Shown here one piece after another: positions 21,323-33,960 of a stretch of 64,000 nucleotides of DNA (its first letter is position 1; each line of letters begins with the position of its first letter). The position numbers were made by a program, and so were the translations under genes. Source of the DNA: Gnetum montanum (taxonomy: Eukaryota > Plantae > Gnetophyta); contig MNCI01002388.1 in NCBI GenBank assembly GCA_015680685.1, forward strand, positions 159,365 to 223,364, in the 5' to 3' direction. Below the pieces are notes generated by a model, which was given only the letters and a program-made list of their open reading frames with translations, did not search any database and had not been told where the DNA came from.

Positions 21323-24300
21323 ATTCGCCGCACAAATTCCCAAAGCTGAAAAACAAACCAAGGCTTAGCTGGTTTCTAGTAATGGTCTCAGCTGGTTCAG
21401 GATTGTAGAGAATTTGCAACTCTCGCTTGTGCTTCCATGTCATTGGGAGGGCTTTTTTCTTCACAGGTTTCCTGACACGGGAAGGATGGATCGATAACGA
21501 TTCCTATCAAATCCTGCGCAACCGGACACGCCGAATAGGCCCAGCAGCAGCGCCTCCGAAACCTTCCGCGCCAGTACAAGACAACTGAAAGCGCCCAAGA
21601 TCTCAAACACCTTGAATAAAATAAACGCGTCGCAGGAAATTATTCCTTGCTGCGCTTCCTACCCTGGTTGAGAACGAACCGGACTCATATAGAATCCTAT
21701 CCAAGGAGCCACCCAGAACAAGAAGAATGCAAATGAGGTGGGTAAAGGTTGCTTATAGCTTTGGTTTGGCTTGGGCCGTCCCCACAAAAGCACTAGGAAG
21801 CAACTGAACTACTTGCGAGCGTCTGATCAGGGTTGGAGAAACCTTTTGTTTTTCCAGGGTATCGACAGATGCAGATGTGTGCGAAGCACAGGTTTTGAAA
21901 ACATTCCGGAGTAGGCTGCTGGGGCCCTTTTGGGGGGTTTTGGCAGTCAGGCAGGCAGCCACTGCAATGTGCTATGCTGTTGTTGTTACTGCGAAGAACG
22001 AGGGTTCTATCAGCGATGCAATCGAGGAGGCCGCAGAGCAGTGCAGTGCAGTGTGAAATGTTCATTATACCCTCGAAAAAGATAACGAATTCCTGGGCGA
22101 AAACCCCCGAAAGGTCTGCAGATTCTCTCCGATCGATCCCAACAAGACATTAAATTAAATGCATCTTTTTAGCCCCCCCTCAGTCATATCTCTCCCGTAT
22201 GCGTATGCCTTTCGTTTTCACTTGTATCTCCTTTGTCCATGCTCACCTTTTCCTTTCACCGCCGGATAATTTAGCGCCACGAGATGCCCATTTTCAAAAT
22301 GGTTTTGTTGGTTTGCGCAACAGCAACGGAGCCTTTAACTGTCAAATGTTATCATGGCCTACGCACATGGCGATGGTGTCACGGCCTTTCCCCCAAAGGT
22401 AATTTTATTCTTCCGATGTAGAATTTATTAGCAGCTCAAAGTGCTTCGTCATGTCGTTTCTGTTTTACGCTCCCGAAGATTTTTTTTTTTTTTTTTGCTG
22501 CAATTAATTGTAGCCTCACCACTGCGCTGATTTTTTTGCCGCACAAGGGATGAATTTTAGCAGCCCACTCTACACCGAACAAAAAGCGCGCGTTGTTAGA
22601 CCAGCGTCTTAGACATCCACCTTTTTCTGTTTCATAACAGATATTATTGATTGGCCCAAGTTGTCCAGGTTCAGGATATTTGCCAGTTTTTCTGCAACCG
22701 TTGAAAATTCAGAGCGTAGGGCATTTGTTATGACTTTTCAACGTTGGCTCTTGTATAAACTTCCCTGATACGTAACGTGAATGGGTTTTTTAACCGTTGG
22801 AATTTTTACAGAATTTGGCCGTAATTCCGGAAAGGTTTGTACATACCTGAATTTGACTGCAAGACTACAGCATATTACAGTATCTGACTTCCTGCTCCTA
22901 TACAACCTCACTGTTCCGAGTACTCTACAGGGTGCTTCCTGTTTCGGGTTCTGCGAAATCGCGGTTGCACAAATGGAAGGGTACTGGTCTGGTCTACCAG
23001 TGCAGCAGCGGCGCGGCTGAACTCATGGTTATCATTGACAGTTCTGGGGAATCGCAGCCCGCAATGGGAGAGAGAGAAATGGCATTGCGTTCTGCGAAAT
23101 CACAGAAACAGCAGAGGCAACCAAAATCATGATTAATTCGCCTAACCCAGGCCGAGAACGTAGAGTAGACCACTACCATGTTCCATTGCTGAGAAAAGCA
23201 GTAGGTAATTTGACACAGCTTAATTACTTTAAAAAAGAAGTGAAAGTGTTTCATCATGACATTATTTGACGTTACATTAAACAATTAAAAACTAAAGAGA
23301 TTTATAACTTTAGGATCCATTACCCCATTGGAAGGGCCAAGTTTCTATTAATGAAGCTTCATAGGCGCGGTCAGCGAAGCAAAGCTCATGAACGCAGTAG
23401 CAGCATCGTGGGAGGCGTGAAGAAGGCGGCCAAATAAACCACTGCGTGCGTGCGACGGCGGCCGACTGGGTCTAGGACAGCAGTCGGCGGAAGTGGACCC
23501 TTTTTTTTTTCTTTAATTTTTTCTTCTCTCATCACAGAGCAGGCGTACGGCGTGCAATAGGTTGTGAACGCCATGTCTGTCACTCACTTTTGGTTTTCTT
23601 TACCTAATTATCAAACGCCAGCAACAACTGCGTTCTGTGTTTTCCTGCTGCAGGATAGAGAATTTGACGGCTATCTGGACGACAACTTTCTCCAACAGCC
23701 TCCTCGTTAACGAAAACCAGCGAATACAATAGATAGCCTGACAGCCGACAAAGCCACCGATTGGACAGGCCTGTTTAGAGATCTACATTTATTGGTTAAT
23801 ATGTTTTAAATGGAATATGTGTGTGTATATATATATGCATATATGGATTTTAGGTGAACAAGCCCACCCTTGAATTTTTACCACATGCCAATTGTCACTT
23901 ATTAAAAGATTTTACATTGAGAAACAACAGGCCAGTAAGCAGCCAACCACCACCCAGGAATATATGTTCCGATTTATATGTTTTAAATGGAATACCTGTG
24001 TATCAACAAATCTATCTATATCGAATGGGCCACCTCTTCAATTTGCATGTTACAGTGACATATGACTGCATTCACGCGTTTTTATTGGAACTTATATACA
24101 TTAAGACGGTTGTTCACTTGCACAGTAACGGTGAATTTCTTTATGGTGATAAGAGTACAGTAGCCCACATTTTAGTGTGACAGAGATGCATGTATTCATG
24201 TTTAGTTGCATGATTTAATTGGGATATATGTGTTTGGACAGGTTACACATAGATGAGTGGTTTGGTGCATTGGATTTATTTTTGTGATGTTATAGCCCAT

Positions 24301-26300
24301 CAGCACAGCGTTAATTTTGTCAGTCATGTATGCGGTTGTTTACATTTATTTCTTAGTTCGAATCAGCATGCATAAATAAACAGTCTACATCGATGCACAG
24401 TTGTTCAGTAAAACTAGATTTTGCTTTCCTGTATAATGGGTTCCAACTGAAAATTGTATACCCCCAATATAAGAAAATGACATCTGTGTCCGAATCTCTG
24501 AAAACAGATCCAATATCATCATAAAATTGATGTCAAATACAAGGAATGAAAAAGAGGAAATTGATCAGTGCAAAAACGTCTGAGAATAATTACCTACCGA
24601 GGCATATGTGCACGTCAAATTCCAGACTTGGGTTCTATGGAATGGTTTATTATTTAAGGGGCCCTTTGCCTTTACGTCTGCCTTTTTAATTTTGACTTGG
24701 CAGCATATATGTGATTGTTTTTTAGTTGTCGGCGGCCATGCCCATGCTGCTGTTTCTTCCGTTTGGTTGCCTTAATCATGGAGAAAATGCATAAAAATTT
24801 CTGGGATGCATCCCCCGGCGTTGGGATTTGACAAGCTCTGTATTGTTGTCGGTACCCATCGTAATCGGTATTGTTACTACAATCCATCCGGATCCGGGGC
24901 GGGGTGACAATAAAATTCTCTCTTTTCCTATCTTTTGACCAAATATTATCAGCGTCTCTATACGGGCACGGCAGGATTTGTGAACAGCATTACAGTCGGC
25001 CCGTGAGTGATTGGGAATTTTAATATTCATAATTGGGTCGGCTTTCTGTTTCATGGGATGGCGAAGCAAAATAATTCCTTGTGCGTCTTCGAACTTTCCA
25101 CAGGTGTTGAAATCTAGGCTGGTGAATGGTAATTATGCTTTGTTAAAATCGATTTCAATAATTAGCACAAATCAAGTGCTCTGCCATGTCGAGCTTTTGA
25201 GCGTCCATGATAAGCCATAGTTTGGCAGCATATTCAATTACTGGAGACCATTTCCGTCTCGTTTTTCAAGGCTGCCAGTGCAGGTGAGGACATGACGCTG
25301 GTTTTCATCATGGTAATGGTGTGGCAAAAATGATACACGGCCTTACATCTCTGATTTCTTTTATTCAATTAACCATAATGTTACCACAGGTTGTCATTTG
25401 TCTTGATCGTTTTGAATGAAAAAAATATGTTCCTACAAATCAGTGGTCACTAAAGTCCAAAACAATACTACATTATTCTTCATGATCAATTTTCTTCCAT
25501 CATTATATGATGGAGATATTCTAAATTTCATTTCGACGAGATTCGATTCAAAGATGCATTAGTATTGTGAAGGTCATAATGAAGAATGTGTTAATAAGTT
25601 TTTCCAAGGATGCTCATGCATTATATGAATATCATGTCCCCAAAATCCATATCATGTCCCCAAAATCCATATCCTGAATTCAAGGTACTCAACATCATAT
25701 GCCGAGATTGTATGCATTATGGATATCATATTTGTAGTTGGTCGATAAGGCGGTAAGGGCTTGGGATTTGTAGCTTGTTAATTAGTCTGTTACCTAACAA
25801 TCAAAAATAAATCAACAAAAAAACACAATAATATATCCGGGGGAAAAATGAGAAAAACCCCAACAAGAAACAGGCTCTTAGATCTTTATGTTAGCTCAGA
25901 GAGAATTTCTCAAACACAATGAACAACAGAGAATGGGAAAGAAGAAAGCATAGGAATGAAAGCCAAACACCCTGCCTTCAAGGCTTCCTTGTAACCATAT
26001 TTATAGCATGGGATGCACATCCGCAGATAGTGTTAACTGAATGTAAATTGGATATTAACAGCAGTAAAATGACAAAGATGAACAATAGTTTTACATTGAC
26101 TATATTTCAAATATTTGTAGTTAAATACTCAACACTGCATTTTATTACAACATAACTATTGTACCATATGATTACAAAAAAGATAATACTTGTAATCAAA
26201 CAAATGACAATATCTGAGTTTATGTGAACAGTAGTTGTCTTCACTTCACTCACAATTCTCCCTCTTGAAAGCAACGTTGCCATGAAGCCTAATCCAGACC

Positions 26301-28331
26301 TTAGATGATATCACCTTCCATGACACCAACAACTGTTAGACACCATAAAAAATTTTTAGCAAATAAAGATTTTGTCATCATATTAGTAGGATTCTCTTTT
26401 AGCTTAATTTTTTCAAGAAGAATCTTTTGTTCATTTATCTACTCTCAAATATATGATATTGTATTTCTATATGCTTTGCCCTACTATGGAAAGTGAGATT
26501 CTTGGATATATAAATTGCACTTTGGCTATCACAACCAATTTTCACAATTTTATTATGAATTCCAAGTTTAGCCACTAGTCTTTGAAGCCACATTGCTTTC
26601 CGACTAGCTAGGTTTGCAACAACATATTATGCTTCAATAGTATACTGTAATTGGCTTTTCCAAGAGAGAGCACCACCAAAGAAATTAAACACATATCCAC
26701 TAGTTGATTTTCTGTTGTCTAGATCCCCATCCCAATCAGCATCCACATAATTGTGTAGGATGGACGAATCACTTTGATAACAAATGTCAAAGTTCATAGT
26801 ACCACAAAGATATCGAAAAACTCATTTTACAACAATGTAGTGTTGTTTTCCTAGATTAGACATATACATGTTGAGTTTTTAAACAATGTATGTAATATCA
26901 AGTCTAGTACTAACCATTACATACATCAAACTGCTGATAGCACTAGCATATGGAATTTTTATCATGAGCTCTTTTTCAACATCTATCTTGGGGCATTGTT
27001 CAACTAAGAGTTTCATCCAAAGTTCACAAGGTGTTGCCACAAGCTTACAATCTTGCATATTATATATTTTTAAGATATTTTGCATATATGCATATTGTCC
27101 AACACAAAGTTTGTTATTACCTCTATTTCTTTTAATTTTCATGCCCAAAATTCTTGTAACAGCACCAAAATCTTTCATCTCAAACTAATAAGAAAGAAGT
27201 TATTTCAACTCCTTACTTTCATCCATGTCACTTCTTGCTATTAACATGTCATCAACATATAGTAGTAAAATTAAGAGTTTTCCATTTTTATTTTTGACAT
27301 ATAAATAGAAGTCTTCCTGGCTTCTAATGAAGCCAAGATTTAACATGTGTTCATTAAATTTTTTATTCCACATCCTTGGTGCTTGTTTGAGCACATTCAA
27401 TGATTTTAGCAATCGACACATCATATGCTCTTTTTCTTTCACTCCATATCATTTAGGTTGAAGCATATATATTTCCTCCTTAAGATCACCACTGAGGAAA
27501 GCAATTTTTACATCCATTTGTTCAAGTTCTGGATCATAAGTTATTGCTATTGATAGTAATGATCTAATGGATGTTAATTTTACCACAGGGGAGAAGATTT
27601 CATCATAATCAATTCTCTTCTTTTGGGAATAATCCTTAGCAACAAGACATGCTTTAAACTAGTCACCATATTTAGTTTTGAACACCCACTTACATCCAAT
27701 TAGTTTTCTATCATATGGAAGTTCAACCAATTCCCATGTCTTATTCTTATGAATAGCAAACATTTCATCATCCATCGCTTGCTTCCATTCTTTACGATAA
27801 AGAGATGCACATGCTTCATCATAAGTAAGTGGTTCAGCTTCAACGACTAGAATTTGATCTTCAAACCGAGTGGGTAATTTTCTTATGCAACCAGACCATC
27901 TTAAGGGTTGTGAAGTTAGTGGAGCATCATGTTGATACTCTATTTTTCATCTTCACTTATATCTTCCCGTATACTTATTTCTTGTATATTAGTCACACCA
28001 TCTTGTTGGTTAGGAGCAATATCTCTTGCTAAGGGAGGACGATCCTTTGAATTTCCTTTATTAACTTGAAAAGAAACGTGATCAAGTGTTAAATCATTAG
28101 AGAGATTGTGCGTATATGTTTTCAAGACTCTCTAAATATAACATCATGACTATAGATAACCCTCTTAGTTTCTAGGTTGTACAACTTATAAGCTTTAACA
28201 CCATGACCATAACTAAGGAAAATACATCTTACAGACTTATAGTCTAATTTTGGTCTTTCAATTTTTGGAATGTGAGCATAAGCTTCACATCCAAAAACTT
28301 AAAGATAATTCAAATTAATAGACTTGCTACT
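26301..28331 (-). pseudogene. Copia pol 3' part (integrase C-term, RT, RNase H)
   Basis: 'LLKSLNVLKQAPRMW...LLLYVDDMLIA' and 'MKDFGAVTRILGM...PYASAISSLMYVMVSTRLDI'. Contains stops and frameshifts. Confidence 0.9.
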
Positions 28332-29356
28332 TGATGAGTGGTGAGGTACCCCTACACTCAACCATACGAATACAAGTGTTCACACATGATCCGGTCGAAC
28401 TCCGTAGACGAACTAGTTGTGGTATCTAGATAGTTACATTGATCGCAATTCACTATCTTCCTACCTAGACTAGTATTTGCTTTGTCACATATGGTTTAGT
28501 CCAAAGTGAGGTGTATGATATGATTTCTAAACTAGTGCTACTCTTGGAGACAATGGAAAATAATCTTGATTAAACTAACAAGCTGTAGGAAATGAAGTCT
28601 AAGCTAGCCTAAGTGCAATGAGCATATGTCCTTAATCATCCATACGTAGCTTGGACCTCATGTACTACTTCTGGGATTACTAAGTGCACATTACTTAAGC
28701 ACTCATAAATATGCTACTAGGTTACCAAATAGTTACACTTCAATGTTCATGATTAAGTCATACTCATTCCGCATTTAACAGCAAGAATAGTGAATGACAG
28801 TAAAGAAATATTAACTAAGAAAATAACAAATAATAATAACAATTAAAAACTAAGTGAATGCTGCAATGATGGAGTAATCTCGATCTTTATTGCCAGTCAT
28901 GTGCGTGTCCAAGTACATCACACTTGAATAAAGGTTCCATACAATTACAATCATCACACTGTGGGCATGCACTGGGGAAAGAATTGAAATGAATTAAAAC
29001 TGAAAAAAAAGACTCTACTCTAACATTATCTTACTTCCCTTCATGTGCGCCTAAACGTGGTATTTATAGGCTTACACAGGAACCACGATATCGTGTATTC
29101 GATATCGTTATCTAGGCTGTGATATTGCATACTCAATATCAAGGGTCCGATATCAACACCTGATAAACCACGATTCATCATACCCCCATAACTAAATAAC
29201 AACTCGTCCTCGAGTCAAAGAAAGTGAGGAACAAGTTCATTCAATTACAAATGAGGGATAAGTATGAGATTATTGAATGACCATGGACTGTTTCATGTCG
29301 TAATGAGGGACTAAACAAAATTTGGACATAGACACAAAAGAAAAAACTTGTGAAAC

Positions 29357-29794
29357 TCATGGGATTCCTGGTGGTGGTGGCTTCTCCATGGGTGCCTTTC
29401 CTTTGTCCTACACTTCAAGCTTTTGAGATTGATACTGTTGAAGAAGCACCTAACATTTCTCCTCTTCTATCTGAGAATTATGAGCCATCCATGTTGATGT
29501 TCCAATATCTGATGGAGTCAGCACTTCCCATAGATACGACAACTGTGGGAATACTTGATTGGCCTTGACATGCCATGCTGCAAATAGCCATCGTTCCTCT
29601 TCATAGGCTCAAGCCCTGACCTATCCACCTTTTTCTTGGTCAGATTGTGCAGTGACAGGAGTTCCCTAATGGATGCTAAATGATTGTGCCTCATGTTTTG
29701 CATGTTCTGCATGAGGTCTTTGGCCTTTGCCTCCCCCAGGGTGTTCAGCTGCACCTTGAGAAGGTCCTCCTTGTTGTCCTCTTTTAGGGGCCAT
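29357..29794 (-). pseudogene. Internally deleted ORF3 ('mini-ORF3', 145 aa) of element D
   Basis: MAPKRGQQ...SFSIH joined in frame to ...AYEEERWLFAAWHVKANQ...DKGKAPMEKPPPPGIP*. Both ends are homologous to the termini of ORF3 in element C. Several internal C>T-type stops. Confidence 0.7.
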
Positions 29795-30904
29795 CTATAA
29801 TCACACAAAGATCAATTGTTAGTAAGATTATTGAAAGAAGTACTCAAAGGGTATAAAATGATGTGGTGGTGTGCAACAAGTACGAATTGCAAAAGTCACG
29901 CAAGTGGATCCTTCCCAAAGAAGGTTCCAACCTATAATGCCCTTGTGTAACCACACCTTAAAATGTCCGTAGGCATTAGAAGGGTTAAATGTAATCTACA
30001 TTGATGCAACAAAACACACACATGTTAAATACCACTGCGATGAGGTATGAGTTTTATGCCACACAAGACACAAGTTAGAAATACTTAGACAGTGAGATGA
30101 AACGAATCGTAGAAGGGATTGCAAAGATTGGAACGTGAGGTAACTAACCCAGGGCACAATGAATCCTAGGTGTAGGGCATGATTAATGTGTCATTAGCTT
30201 GTCGCTCCAGAATTAAGACCAAGTCCAATCCACCGATCAGTGACATCACATTGTTTCATCCAAGGATGAATAGCCATATGAGCATCATGACATCAAGGCG
30301 TACAATCACTTGGTCTTTTGTCCAAGGGAGAAGTGATTTGGAATTTATCTACGACACATTTTTTTAGCCACTTTGGCACTTTGTTGTTTCCAATAGTGAA
30401 CCGGAGAAGCCACCAACCTTCAAGCATGGGTGCATGTCTTTCCAGTGGAACCCCTAGAACAACATTGAGTTTCTTTAGGGAGTGCCTTTATTACTCTTAC
30501 TCCAATTTTTTGTTAGATCTACAAGGATCTTAGTACGACCAAGCTACATGATAGCATCTACAGAAGTCACCAAAGAGAATTCACAAGTCCCCTTGATGCC
30601 ACACCCTGACCATTCCCTCTTAGTCCATCATTTTTGCTCTGGGCATAATGAGCACAAAATTACTTTAAGTTTTAACGATGACAAGAATATCATCGTACCC
30701 AGAGTAAAACCTCTTATTAATAAAATGGGTAGGTGGATGTTGTGGGCTCACTGTCCAAATAATTAGTCACTTGTGACTCAATAGCCTAGAACAACACCTC
30801 AACCAACTGGTTACATGAGTGTTTTATTCATAGATGAGATTACCCACAAAAAGATAAAACAATAAATTAGAAATGAAAAATTGGAAAACAAAAAAATTGT
30901 AAAA

Positions 30905-33900
30905 TTAAAGAAAAGGAAAAATATTTACTAATTCTGCTTGTTGGAATGGAGGATATCCCCCATAACTAAACAGTTGAGCATGGCTAGAATTAATAAATGA
31001 AAAATGTGGATCCATGCATGTTGGAAATGTTGGGGATTGATCATATCCAAACCAACCGGTGTCTTTTGAAGTGGTGGTAGGAATATATCCAAATTGGGAT
31101 TCACATACTTGATTGTAGTAAGCATAGTAGGGCAGATTATAAGATGTGATCATGTGATAAGGAGCTAACCCACTATGGCACCCGTGACTGTAAGATGGTA
31201 TACAAGGATCAATATGTCTCCCTATGTGATTATATTCATTGGGCAACATAGTTGTTGGAGTGTTGATTGGTGGCCTGGATAAGGTAATAGGAGGCATTGG
31301 GTTCAAAGGAGGAGATGAATCACCGCATTGGACTTGTGCTAAGTTGGTGTATGCAATGGTTTTAGAACTATGTTGTCTCTTTTTATGGTTATGCCTAAAG
31401 AAAGGACGCTTTCGACATTGTGGAGAGTCTCCACTACTGTTGATAGTAGTAGCATAAGTAACATTCGTGGGTTGGTGCTGTGGTGCAAAACCTTCTGGCA
31501 TAACTAGTGGCGATGTAGAAGGAGGTGAAGGATGAGAATATTGAGGGCAAGAAGAAGTGCAAGGAACATGAGGTGGTGATCTTGTGAAAGAGATGAGTGG
31601 CGAGGTACCCCTACACTCAACCATATGAAACGAGCGTCGCACGCGTGATCCGGTCAAACTCTGCAAATGGACTAGTTGTGGCACCTAGACAGTTATCCTT
31701 AGGTCGCAGTTCGCTGTCTTCCCACCTGGACTAGTATTGCATTTGTCACATATGGTTTAGTCCAGATGAGGTGTATGATAATTCTAACGCTACTCCTGAA
31801 GGAAGTGGAAAATAATATTAACTAAGCTAAGCTAGGAGGAAAAGGATAAGAAAATCTAATCTAGCCTAAGTGCGACGAGCAACTGATTCCTTGATCAACC
31901 GTACACATCTTGGACTTCGTGCACGACTACCACTGGGACTACCAAGCGTAGCTCCTAGGTACGCCACTAGGATTACCAAGTGCAGATCCCAAATACGCCA
32001 CTAGGTTACCAAGTGTAGATCCTAGCTACACCACTGGGCTACCAAGCAATCACACTTAAATGCTCGTAATCAAGTCGTACTTGTTCCGCGTTCTAGGAGT
32101 TTAAGCGTGAGAGAGAGAAAACAGTAAATAACATTAAATAAATAACAAATAAATAAATAACAAAGTGAATGATGCAATGATGAAGTAATCTCGATCTTTA
32201 TTGCCGGTCATGTGCGTGTCCAAGTACGGCACACTCGAATAAAGACATCGTACAATTACATTCACCACACTGCAGGCAGACACGGGAAAAAAATCTAACT
32301 CTGGAGGGATTAAACTGCCAGAGCTTCACTACTCAAAAACTGGGATGTCAAATGAAGGAGAGCTGCCTCTTATTTATAGAAATTATGGCTGACTACGATA
32401 TCGCGTATACAATATCGCGGGTAGATGAGATATCGCGTATGTGATATCATAGCCCATGAGATATCGCATACGCGATATCGCGACCCATGATATAACGTGG
32501 GTGCATTATCGTGGGTGCCTTAACGCGACCGCCAACAATATGAGCAATTTCATGTCTCATCAAAGAGGACATGGGTTGATAGTACTTAGGAGAATGATAA
32601 CGATGTGGTAAGATAGAGGATGTTGACCTAGTTGGGGAAACAAGATGCTAAACATAATAAGCGCTTGGGTTTGGATGTTAGGAAGGATGTGACGAGTTTG
32701 ACAATGGCCTCCTCCATGACTGGGGTTTTTGCCACTGTGATTGAACACGATATTTTTGTATGAACTCTGGATGTAGCATTCTTCCCCAATGCTCATGTAA
32801 ACATGAAAAGATTGGGCATTGACCTTTGGGGTGATCGTACAGGCAAACATTACATTGATACGTATGATTAGTAGTTGAGTTCTTATCCTTATTCTCTTCA
32901 AGCCTTCTTTCTGATTGTCTAAGGGTGTTCTATCCTGCTTCTTGGTTCGTCATGGTTTTACCTCTAATAGTGTTGGCATATTCTCCACATTTTTCATGTA
33001 TCCATTCCATCATCTTATTGATCTTTGCCTTAATTTCATCTAGTGATTGTAGTATTGGCAAAGATGATTCCACCTCCTTGAGGTGAGTTGATTTCTCCTC
33101 TTCATGATCATGGACCTTTGCTAATTCAAGATTTTGGTCCTATTGAGAGCTTTTAACATTCTCCCATTTAGCCATTTCTCCTTCTTCTTTTGCTACATGC
33201 TTAATAAGCTCTTGGAATTGGTGGGTTCATAGCTCATAGAGTTGACCTCGAGCATACATCCCTAGGGTCTCCCTTGTTTCCTTACAGAGCCCATCCATGA
33301 TGTGGTACATTTTCTTTTCCTTGGAGAATCCATGGCCTAAGCAATTGTTTAACAATGAATAGTATCTTTCTAAGGCCATGTCCAAGGGTTCATGTTTTCC
33401 TTATTTCCATTCTTGGATTTGTCTCCTCAAGGCTGACACTCTTGCATAGGTTTCATATCTTTCATTAAATAGTTCCATCATTTTCAGCCAACGTCAAATT
33501 AATTTTGGTTTTAAAGACCTATACCATGCTTTTTCTTGGCCAACAAGTGTCAGAGGAAAGAGCTTAAGTTTTTACCACCAATTATCAATATTGTTCCATA
33601 CACAGGCATCATGGAAGGCTTGTAAATGATGTTGTAGATCTAAATCATAGCCTCCTAAAAACTTGGGAAGGTTTTTTAAATCAAGCTTGGGTAGACGGCT
33701 TTCCTTGCGATGCCAGTGGGATATTTGAACAACCTCTTGTATATGCATTAGGCTCTTAGTGGCCAACAGGGGTTTATTGTCACTAGGTAGGTTATGGAAT
33801 TGTGAATTGGAATGATGTTGTCTTCATTTATGTACATAGGAGACCCCTGCATCAGATTGAGTACTCCAAACTTTGTCTTCATCATCATATAATTCATTGG

Positions 33901-33960
33901 TTCTCCAATAAATTGCCTTACTAGTTGTTGCATTTTCATAGTTTTGTGAGAGAGACATTG
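30905..33960 (-). pseudogene. Degenerate gag of element D (retrotrans_gag, Zn knuckle, Pro-rich tail), split by a solo LTR
   Basis: 'LPKFLGGYDLDLQHHLQAFHDAC...KLKLFPLTLVGQEKAWY' and CNVCLYDHPKGQCP knuckle at about 32810-32850. The Pro-rich continuation is in ORF 30905-31590. Confidence 0.8.
31593..32562 (-). mobile_element. Solo LTR (element C subfamily) inserted in gag of element D
   Basis: Homologous to 3276-3586 and 11291-11913. TSD AAGAG (31588-31592/32563-32567). The terminal TG appears lost on the left. Confidence 0.88.

Noticed and set aside
30905-31684. 259-aa ORF as an independent host gene
   Set aside because: It starts inside a solo LTR at a non-ATG codon and continues into the Pro-rich gag tail shared with element C.
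31930-32047. CRISPR-like appearance of about 33-bp repeats (also 59198-59359 and 46410-46600)
   Set aside because: Contiguous tandem units without unique spacers, inside LTRs or eukaryotic DNA, and no cas genes.
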